A stretch of 62,867 nucleotides of DNA, filler included, from Phoronis australis (lineage: Eukaryota; Animalia; Phoronida), in NCBI GenBank assembly GCA_002633005.1. It is 12 parts of 12 records of this genome, joined end to end, with 100 filler letters (N's around TTAATTAATTAA, not from the genome) between each part and the next. Parts side by side here need not be neighbours in the genome. Positions count along the whole stretch, not along the records: positions 52,863 to 56,649 come from NMRA01002042.1; positions 56,750 to 59,056 come from NMRA01000678.1; positions 59,157 to 60,941 come from NMRA01000458.1; positions 61,042 to 62,867 come from NMRA01001945.1; 8 more parts are not named here. One strand, written 5' to 3'. Positions 53,561 through 62,867 of this stretch are shown piece after piece. The notes under the pieces are model-generated. The model saw nothing but the letters and a program-made list of their open reading frames with translations. It was not told where the DNA came from and did not search any database. Position numbers and translations under genes: made by a program. Within the stretch, counting starts at the first letter, position 1; each line of letters opens with the position of its first letter.

Positions 53561-55187
53561 AGGAGAATGTCACCCAAAAACAACCTATTTTGAATCAATT
53601 TAGATCGAGTAGTTTTACTCGATAACGGAAGGTTCGGTTGCGTTACCTGACACCTGACGGCAGACGGAGGTGTTGAAATTATCCAATGACGTCATTGGTT
53701 TCACACGCAGTCTGTTCAGCAGTACACAACACGGTTAAGTGGTGTTGGCGTATCGCTGAATTCATCGTTTAACATCAATAAATCACCAAACTTCGATGTA
53801 AAACCCTTAAAAATAATCCGAGTTCTCATAAAAACGTGTTGTTTTATTTCGCTGTTAGAATTTACTGGTGTTTGGACACACCGTAGCCTGGCAAAGTTTG
53901 GCAGGCCAATTTACCAAGGTCCGTAGCAGGAGTTTGGGATCTGTTCGGAGATAAATTCGAAGTATTCTTCCGTGAAATACAGACAGGAGAACCTAGATCT
54001 GTGTTGTTTATACTTAAGATTTTTTGAGTTCTAAACACACAAAACGCTTGTTATCCCGGCCAGTGGCTCGGAACCCGACCAGGCCCGTCGCGGCGCCGGG
54101 ACTGGCACGAACATAAACTAGCTTAAGTTGAAAAGTAAACCTCCAGTCATGAAAAAACTATAATAGGGAGCCAAAGAAATAATGTGCACGTAATTATTTA
54201 TGTGAATTAGCCACGTAATTGAAAGTCTGTACCTTTTTGTCGGGTGCCACGAAGTCGGGTTCTACTTCCACAGACCGTCAGGGCAAAGGTTGTACAGTAA
54301 CAAGGATTTGAATAATGTAGTTATATTTCTAAATAAAGATTCCCCTAACATGTGACAGTCTCATATAAAATCGAGTAATTGTTTCACAACAGCTTTCTGT
54401 CAGCAAACACTGAATTAGCATGCGCTCACACGGCCTCGCAGTGGTTTATTCATTGCTGGCTTCTCAAAACATTTGCACACACGAGCACTCCAAGGCATTA
54501 CAAATTTTATCTAATGAGACAGACTTTGTTTTAGTTTCATATAAGCATTGGCTAGGATCACTTTAGGATGAGAATAATTCATTTTGAAACAGAACACAGA
54601 ATAATAAACGTCTACATGGCAACTCGCCCGCGCCAATCCCGACTTAGTCAAGAGCTCATCCGACGAAGACTTCACGGGTTGGATCGTTAGGTTTTACACG
54701 GCATCAGTTCGAACCGGAATACACTGATCAAGAAATACTAGAGAGGCTCCGTGAACATGCATAGGCAACGGAACGTATGGATAGTTCTTTGGAAAGCCGG
54801 AATTCGTCAGAGAAATCACTCTCTACGAAATGCCAGCCACAGACACGGAGATGTTTCACGGCCTCATACTTGCTATTAACAGCGTACCTTTCATTCTTCA
54901 CTACCGCGAGCCACTTCCTAAGCATTTCGGGCTCTCGAGGAAGTTGAAAAAACGATGTACCCGCTTTCTTCGCAGCTTCATAGTTCGTACAAGCAGGAAC
55001 CGATGCACCGCAATATAGCGGCATTCACTCTGCAGACGAACCACTGACGTCGCTGCGTCGATTCTCACCTTCCTCACAGGTTAACGCAACACCTCTCGGC
55101 AAGGTGAGGTCGACCGTATGAGAGGCGATGTGGATATATACCGATTAAGACGGTAAAAAGACTAAGTAAATCGGGTGGCATTCTCCT
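53561..55187. mobile_element. Full-length non-autonomous Kolobok-like DNA transposon (1627 bp, TTAA TSD)
   Basis: TTAA|AGGAGAATGTCACCC ... GGGTGGCATTCTCCT|TTAA (14/15 TIR); carries a THAP ORF (minus) and a KolX-like stub (plus). Confidence 0.88.
54728..55024 (-). CDS. THAP zinc-finger ORF (truncated transposase N-terminus) inside the Kolobok-like element
   Basis: MPLYCGASVPACTN...SFFQLPREPEMLRKWL...LRVCGWHFVESDF: C2CH ligands and P/W/F conserved; the C-terminal AVP motif is missing. Confidence 0.75.
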   Translation of the reverse strand: MPLYCGASVPACTNYEAAKKAGTSFFQLPREPEMLRKWLAVVKNERYAVNSKYEAVKHLRVCGWHFVESDFSDEFRLSKELSIRSVAYACSRSLSSIS

Positions 55188-55429
55188 TTAACTTGTTTCC
55201 GTGACCCATGACACTCAATTAACATGAAGAAAAATAAATAATTGACCCTTTACACGCCAAGCTCTTTGGTTTGTTGATTTATTCTCTTGTGATCACTATA
55301 ATTTGCGTTAAACGCCCAACGACGAATCATTCTACCATGCACTCACTAATATTAGACAAACCTTCATTTTCCTTATATTTTACATTGCCTAATATTAGTG
55401 ACTGCCTATTTAACATCCTTCATTTGGCC

Positions 55430-56649
55430 AGTAATGAGTTGTACAGTGGTGGTATACTGTGGGGCAATGACAAGGAAAACCGACAGAGAGAGGCTTTTGC
55501 AGAGTATCTAATCAACAGAAGTCTAATCTGTATCAATGATGGCAATGTGACAAAAATGGCCAAGCGTCCAGGCGATGCAGACGGTGTTATTGATCTCACC
55601 TTTGTCAACCCTGATTTGGTTTAGGGTCTTAGCCCTCATGACAGTGATTATTTACCTTGCTCGATCCTCATCAACAAACAAAATGGCAAAAGAATTAAAA
55701 TAAAACGCAAAGTATTCAAATATCAAAATGAAGTAGGAGTGATAGTCAAACTCAGGAAGCCTATGGAGATGGAGCCAAATAAAAGATCATTGTAACAGCC
55801 ACCGTGGTGGAATGTGAACATAGAGAAGCCCTGTGGTTAGCAAAACGACAATACACAAAGAAATCGCAACGAATGCGAAAAAGTATGTCTTCTGATACTG
55901 CTAAAGATAGGGTACGGTGTGAGCAGGAGATGAAAACGGCTATTCAAGAATTCAAAGATCAGGTAAAGACTGTCAAGGCTGAGAGATGGGAGAAATTCTG
56001 TAATGAAGTTTCACGGGAAAGGGCACTGATCAAATTCTGGAAGAGCATGAACAGGCAGAGTGATTCCACGAACACCGGAAACGTGGAAGCTGAGAATAGA
56101 ACACTTCTAGTGACTGATGAAAGCAAAGGAATGGCTTTTTTGGAAAGGTACATTGATCAAACAGATCAGAGAAATTTGGAGCAACGCAAGAGCACAAAAG
56201 CGGTACTCACTAAGCTTGCTTCGACTGACGAGGTACCGTTCACTATTACGGTAGAATATCTTCGCAGCACCCTGAAGACAATGAAAAACACAGCCCCAGG
56301 ACCAGATAGAGTAGACCATGACGCGATCCGAGAACTTGACGATGCAGAACTTGAAGAGCTGGCCGCTTTGTACCAAGAAAGCTTGGAGAAAGGTATAATT
56401 CCCGAGGATTGGCTACACAGCTTCCTGGCTGTGCTTCTTAAGCCTGGAAGACACAACACCAAGCCGAATGGCTATAGAATAATAACAATGCAAAATACAA
56501 TTGGCAAACTTATGGAGCGCATTGTGGCCCGAGAACTCGCATGGGGCCTGAGGAATAGGAAGCTACTTCCACAAACACTTGGAAGCTACAGGACCGGGAA
56601 AGTCACATGGGCCAATGTGGCCATTTTTTCGTATGGTGTATTTGAAGCC
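55430..56649 (+). mobile_element. Non-LTR retrotransposon (LINE) ORF2 fragment: APE-like endonuclease C-terminal part and start of RT; disrupted
   Basis: LWG...LICINDGNVT...VIDLTF...DSDYLP (endonuclease); TAPGPDRV...IPEDW...KPG...YRIITMQNTIGKLMERIV (RT N-terminal motifs); stop and frame change between the two ORFs. Confidence 0.85.
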
Positions 56650-56989
56650 NNNNNNNNNNNNNNNNNNNNNNNNNNNNNNNNNNNNNNNNNNNNTTAATTA
56701 ATTAANNNNNNNNNNNNNNNNNNNNNNNNNNNNNNNNNNNNNNNNNNNNTAAATTTCACGTAGATCAGACTTGTAGTGTGTGTACAATAGAACCACAAAG
56801 AGCAGCTTGAAAAAGAGCTGTCACCACATCAGTAAACCTCATATAACTCAAGAATGGTAAGTCCGAATGAGAAATGGACAGCACACCGCAAATACTTAAT
56901 GATATATTCACACAGTTACCACATTTCAGAAAGACCTTTCAAGGGCAGATGGGTCTTCAGGTAGACATGTGTTCCACAAACTGTGTTTT

Positions 56990-57180
56990 AATCTCATGGA
57001 GCCTAAATCCCATTGGCGCTGAATCATCAAAGTTGTCCAAATACGAAAAGGCGTCGTATCTCCAAATGGAAAAAAAATATTTTTGCCAAATTTCGTGAAA
57101 ATCCAACCAAGAAATCCGAAGATACAAAGGCAAATGTAAAGAACTAAATTGCCACTAGGTGGCACATCAGTAGTCATCAC
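56990..57180 (-). mobile_element. HINE-family internal unit fragment
   Basis: AAATTGCCACTAGGTGGCAC...AGTAGTC is the reverse complement of the HINE core unit. Confidence 0.5.
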
Positions 57181-57467
57181 AGACAATCAGTCTTTTGAAT
57201 TTGATGGGCCCCGGCCAGACTGGGGTTACCAAGATAGCCAAAGTCTGTTTATTTGACCCCTGTTTAAAGCAAGCACAGCTTAACACATGTCTCATGGCCA
57301 TGGGAAACAAGAAAATTGTTTTATTAGCCCACATGGGTTTTTGACGACCAAGGTCCATACATGTCAGAATGTTTAGTTGTACCCAACTAATCCCAACTTA
57401 TCTCAACTTATCCTGTCATCACCACTGATGCAAGCCTATTGCTGACATTATGTTTGTTATCAAACTG

Positions 57468-58140
57468 CCCCTGCAGGTAGCGCAGCGATTAGTGGGAATA
57501 GTTGAATTAGTTGAAATGCGTGATTGGTGTCTCTAACATTGAGCTTGTGGATGACATCATGTAAGTTAGCCCCCTGTCCACAGGTGACGCACTGATTAGT
57601 AGGAATCGTTGAATTAGTTGAATCCAACTAATCCCAAGTCAGCTCAACCTATTCAGCACTGAGCTATTCAACTAATTCAACTAATTCAACCAATTGTAGC
57701 GCCATCTACAGTATCACTGACAATGTGAGACAGAAAGACCCAAGTCACTGACTTGCCTGCAGGTGGCGCAGCAATTAGTGGGAATAGTTGAATTAGTTGA
57801 AATGCAAGTTTTGTGTCTGTCAAGTTGAGAGCCTTTTGCTGATGTCATGATCGTTATCAGTCTGTTCCTGTAGGTGGTGCAACGATTAGTGGGAATAGTT
57901 GAATTAGTTGTAATGCGTGTTCTGTGTCTGGTGAGCCTTTTGTCAGCGCCATGTGCTTTATCTGTCTGCCTGCAGGTGGCATAGCGATTAGTGGGAATAG
58001 TTGAATTAGTTGAAATGTGGGTTCTGCGTTTCTCAAGCTGTGAGCCTGTAGCTGACATAATGTTTGTTATCAGCCTATCCCTGCAGGTGGCGCAGCGATT
58101 AGTGGGAATAGTTGAATAAGTTGAATTGCTTGTTCTGTGT
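57468..58140. repeat. Satellite-like array of ~102-111-bp units with one internal inverted unit
   Basis: CCTGCAGGTGGCGCAGCGATTAGTGGGAATAGTTGAATTAGTTGAAATG-like units at ~57470, 57578, 57756, 57867, 57969 and 58080; inverted partial unit at ~57665-57711. Confidence 0.85.
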
Positions 58141-58339
58141 CTCTCACTTTCTTAGCCTGGTTAGCCTTTTGCTAATGGAGGTTTTTATCAGTTACTCCTG
58201 CAACTCTTTCTGATTCTATCCTAGGTACAGAGGTACTGCCTCTTGGTACTTTGTGACATAATCAACAATGGTGAGCAGAATATATCTGAGTTACCTCTGT
58301 CAGTGATTGATGGCACAGTACCAATCACATCAGCAGCAA

Positions 58340-58565
58340 TACAAAGGCAAATATAAAAAATAAAATTGCCACTAGGGGGCACAGAGGTAGTCCGAGCGGT
58401 CCAAAATTCGTTGTCATCCATCATCAGCTTCACCGGAGCACCTCTGCCACATCTCATCAAGATCTTGCAAGGGGTGTAGGAGATGCAGCAGCAGACACTG
58501 GACGCCCAGACAGGGATGATGACAAAATGCACCACTTAATTAAAAATTTGTGGGTGCATAAAAAT
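58340..58565 (-). mobile_element. 5' end of a HINE-family copy
   Basis: Reverse complement reads TTTTATGCACCCACA...GTGGTGCAT...CCCTGTCTGGGCGTCCAG...GCCCCCTAGTGGCAATTTT, as at 22301 onward. Confidence 0.65.
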
Positions 58566-59243
58566 GCGACTCGCTTAAACAAAGACACTTCAGACTGTCC
58601 GACTTCATGGGAAGACAAGACATTGCTACTTAATAGTTCATCTCTATTTTAGAATTTCTGGATGTTGATATCACTAGTATATGAAAGTGGCAAATCTTCT
58701 GAACAATTATCAGAGACTATTGGCACAGTTAATGCAGATGGTATTGTGGAACAGCTTGAGCATTTGGTGGCAGATAGTAGGCAGGAAGTTGGTAGATATT
58801 GAGGCAGATGCCACATGGGGCATATCATATAAGTGAGATGTATACATGTATGATTTATCAAGCAAGATTCGGTAGGAAACACATCCAAACCACAAAAAAT
58901 GAACCAAAACACTAAAATTGTCAACTGGGAGTACTTACCGTAATCGTTCGGGTTAACGCCCTGGGCGGTTAAATTGGCGAACCCAAAAAATCGGGGGTGG
59001 GCGGTTAACCAGACATGGGCGCTTAAACGTGAAATTTCAAGAAATCGGGGGGGGGGNNNNNNNNNNNNNNNNNNNNNNNNNNNNNNNNNNNNNNNNNNNN
59101 TTAATTAATTAANNNNNNNNNNNNNNNNNNNNNNNNNNNNNNNNNNNNNNNNNNNNGGGAAAATTTTGTGACCTGGCATTTACGAATGTGAGCTGGATTT
59201 TGAAAATGCGACCTGAGATTTTGGCTAGGTCGCAAAATGCACT

Positions 59244-59387
59244 CAGTGGTGGATTTAAGGGAGGTCCAAGGGGGTCATGCCCCCCTAAAAATTTCCCAGA
59301 CTCCATTTGGCAGTTCAGGGGAGAGAATGTCCTGGCTAATACTCTGCCCTGGGCCCTCCCCAGCTCAAAATCCTGGATATGCCCCTG
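59244..59387. mobile_element. Small hAT-like MITE remnant
   Basis: CAGTGGTGGATTTAAGG ... CCTGGATATGCCCCTG imperfect termini; no clear TSD. Confidence 0.45.
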
Positions 59388-60286
59388 CCACTTCCCTGCA
59401 CCCCGGCGAATGATTGAAAGCTTCGCGCAGCCGTTCTGCACTTGCTTAATTTGAATACGTTTCACTCACCTGCTCAGCCTCAGCTCAGCCTGTCTCAATC
59501 AACCGTTCACGTTTGGCCTCCCTGATACTTCTGGCTAGGACTTCTGGCTACGCTATTGACGGTTTTTCACCTCCACTCTTTTTCAGTTTTTGACATTTGG
59601 TGAACGTTATTTTTAAAAGAACTGCCATTGAGTGAATGGAGACTCGTGACTGACACGCCAACATGTCAAGGTCAAGGTCAAGGTCAATAATAAGTTCCGA
59701 ACTTCGGAAGCATCATATTTCGCCAGTAATGTGATTACTGGTAGTTTATCACCCTCAATCTTCATGTCTCCAAAATTCTTCAATTGAGATCAACCCGTCA
59801 CCTCTAAGTCCTTTGCAAGGAAAGTAAAACGGTTTTATTTTTGCCCCTTCCCCCGCCGCACGCTTCTTTTCGGAATGTGGTCTCCTTTACCGAAGAGTTT
59901 CAAATGACTATTGCGATGTTCTTTCGTTAAATCATACTAATGATGACTGAAGGATCCTGAAAGAATGAATGAATGAACTGTACACTTTACAGACACCCAT
60001 AGTAGTAAAAAAGTAATGCAATACAAAGCGGTGCAATATAAAAACAACAGAAGTATTTTGGTGTGTAACGGGGGCGGTATCTACGACCAAGGCGCCCCGA
60101 TTTTACGAGCCCGGTGCGGACTGAGGGTGATGTTGAAAACTAAAAGTTGGTGAATAATACATAGGTTTATTGTAAGAACATATAACTACAATATTCCACA
60201 CTTACAAGCAATCCAGTTGTCGCATGATTTATTATCGCAGCGTTGTGATTTATACAGTTCTGATACACGGGCAAACCAGTCGCTGA

Positions 60287-60941
60287 TTAATAGTTGTGTG
60301 TGCAAGAAATCTTAACATCATTAACCCAGCACGGTTTATTAACATTTTCCGTCATATTGTACTGCCATTCATAGCAATGATATGTTATTTTTGACTCATC
60401 GGTTTTTAATAGTTTTAACCAATATTTCATAATTCTAGGAAGTCGGTAAGCAATCAAGGAGTAACGACCCATCTCACCTCTAGCAGTCGATGAAATTGCC
60501 GTGCTAGGCAAATTTAAAATTTCTTTACAAAATTTTGTGTGGACTATTTCAATACATTTGCAATCATTAAAACCCCAGATCTCACAGCCATAATGAAGTA
60601 TTGGCAATATTTTACAATCGAATAATTTGAAACTAACTTTAACAGGGAGTGCATTAAAACCATTGACACTTTTTCTCATCAAATTCACTGCCTTAGTAGC
60701 CTGTAATGATAGAGTTTTCTGTGCGCAAGACCACGAACCTTTCGTAGTAAACATTAATCCTAGATATTTGTATGCATTTACAATATTAACAGTATTCCCA
60801 TCATACGTCCACTTTTCATACGATCGCAACATTCCACCTTTTCTGAAAACAATTATCTTAGTCTCCGACATGTTAACAATCAATTTCCATTTCTGGCTAT
60901 ACTCATATAAAATGTTCAATTTTTTCTGCAGTCCTTTCACA
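60287..60941 (-). mobile_element. LINE reverse transcriptase C-terminal fragment (RTE-X-like)
   Basis: GLQKKLNILYEYSQKWKLIVN..TKIIVF...YKYLG...PILHYGCEIWG...FCKEIL...GEMGR; truncated by the contig edge. Confidence 0.85.
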
Positions 60942-62867
60942 NNNNNNNNNNNNNNNNNNNNNNNNNNNNNNNNNNNNNNNNNNNNTTAATTAATTAANNN
61001 NNNNNNNNNNNNNNNNNNNNNNNNNNNNNNNNNNNNNNNNNAAAATGACAAAGTCCACGCATACACACACGCAAGCGTATCCAAATACAATTAAATGTAT
61101 TTTCATGTGAAACCATACTCAATGTTCTTTGAACATTGACTTGGGTGAGTTCTTAGTTTTCTTGGAATCATACTAGGATATACCCGATCAAGTAGACTAC
61201 TGCGTTTCAAGTCATACACTATAGGCACCTGACGTTTCAAATTGGAAGCTCGCGCCGTATGACGTCGTATGACGTAGCGATGCGAGCCTCATTTGCATAT
61301 GATAGTGACATCTGTTGGTTCAAAAAAGAGGCTCATGCCCGAGTACATGCCTGGGAAGAAGCATCTTTTGGAAGGGTAAACATGTCACGTTCAAAGCATC
61401 CCAGTGCCAGTAATATGCAGTCTTTGAGGACCAAAGTGGTGTCATTTTATAGCTAAAGAGTTAATCTTTCAAAAATAATGCTTGGATTCCAGATAACTTG
61501 AACATTTACGTTCGAAATCACGTTTGAAATCACGTTAAAATGCGCTAAAACAGTTGTCCCTTCCTGGTTATCTCTTCCTGGTATTATTTAGTCAACGCGT
61601 TTACGCGAGAAACATTTGAACATTGTCGTTACGACACACATAGTGATTTGCACCTGCGACCAAATTGATATAAAGTGAAACAAATTAACAAATTTGAGCA
61701 AATTTGTTGTGTGTATCCAATGACCTATAAACGTCTCCCTTTTGGATATGTAATATTTCAACTGATTCATTGTCTGACACCCAATGTAATTTTGTGGCGA
61801 GTAACCTCAGTTCATTTCTACTCACAGTGTAAAAGTCACTGATTCATCTGATATATCTCAAGTGGCAGTGCCAATTTGAAATTTGCAAGTGCGGCAACGC
61901 AGACCCGCATGGTTGGCGTTCATTAATTAAAATTAGAGGATATTTGATAACATGACAATCGAGGTCATGGAATTGAAAACTTAAATAAATATGATTTTCT
62001 GTTACTAAGATGTTCTAAAAGGTTCAGGAAAACTCAGTGAAAAACAGAGTGCCGAGATTTGATAGCTCCCCGTACTTGCAAATAGTCCGTTGTTTTCAAG
62101 TCTTGTGAAATTAAAAAATAAGAGTGACCTACTAAATAACGGTAAATGGTTTAAATCAAGAGATGAATTAGTGACAGAAGAAGGGATATAGTCTCTTTAA
62201 GTTTTCAGGTTTCTGAAATTTCATTGTAGACTTACACGATACTTTAACCAACCTGTAACCCCCCGACACGCCGAAAATGAATGAGACTTATTTCCATCAT
62301 TTGCCAATGATTGACTCTGCTGATTGTGCGTCACTGGCTGACACAGACACGCTGTCGCTCGAATCAGACAGTTCGATGAATGTGGGCGGTACAAGGAATT
62401 AATCGGGAGATTCCGACGTCAGAATAGAGTGTGTGAGCTTCGTGTAAAAGGTACCTATGCTTTGTAATTGTGTGTGGATGAAAGAGGAATAATTGAATCC
62501 AGTTCTGTGTAACAACTCAATAAAAAAGCGAGATCTGTTGCTAATTTAGTACATTAACCAAAACGTAGTGTAACACCGCCAGCGCCACCTATATGGATAA
62601 CGTTAACTAAATTACAGTAAATAAACTTATGAATTTTATATCTGCCATCTTAAACTGTGACTCGAAGCTCCTTGAATGACAATACTGAGACCCTTTAGTG
62701 GAATCAACTGTTCTCACTCTCACACGAAAGGTTCCGTTTCTCGATCAGTCCTTATACAAACTACCATTATATCCCAGTGGGACATTTGCTGGTCACAGTC
62801 ACTGTCCTTTGTGACGCGCAACACGGCGTGTCAGTTGCGTCCCACTTCCCATGGGCACAAGAAGCGG

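Noticed and set aside
57468-58140. Conserved ~50-bp block with variable intervals as a CRISPR-like array
   Set aside because: The intervening segments are homologous to each other (TGTGTCT...GAGCC...GCTGA...GTTATCAG), so these are diverged tandem units.
59665-59688. (AAGGTC)n as a nuclear-receptor response element
   Set aside because: Short simple repeat with no linked gene; insufficient evidence.
61042-62867. Last fragment as gene-containing
   Set aside because: No convincing exon, RNA gene or bounded element found.

Overview
Eukaryotic (invertebrate metazoan) genomic DNA, not a prokaryotic locus. The window is a concatenation of 12 fragments joined by artificial 100-nt N...TTAATTAATTAA...N spacers, so neighbourhood across spacers carries no biological meaning. 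Recognisable spliced gene fragments: CHD7/8/9 (kismet-type) helicase exons (478-5027), an uncharacterised sugar-phosphate nucleotidyltransferase (9519-10604), the 3' half of VIRMA/virilizer (10904-23898), a glutamate carboxypeptidase II/NAALADase (minus, 24633-27038), a C2H2 zinc-finger array (32256-33458), an 11-beta-HSD-like SDR last exon, one Ig-domain exon and two unidentified exons. The most unusual gene is a single 3.75-kb exon (minus, 38528-42282) encoding a bacterial-like GlnD/DUF294-type nucleotidyltransferase plus helical module fused to a long TPR array. Mobile DNA is abundant: Kolobok-like elements with THAP and KolX-like remnants, a piggyBac deletion derivative, Harbinger, hAT and Tc1/mariner MITEs, two LINE fragments, and Helentron-type (HINE) elements carrying periodic CTCF-like motifs. 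Two GC-AG introns and a duplicated splice donor were also found. Gene identities rest on my recall of homologous proteins; no database searches were run.
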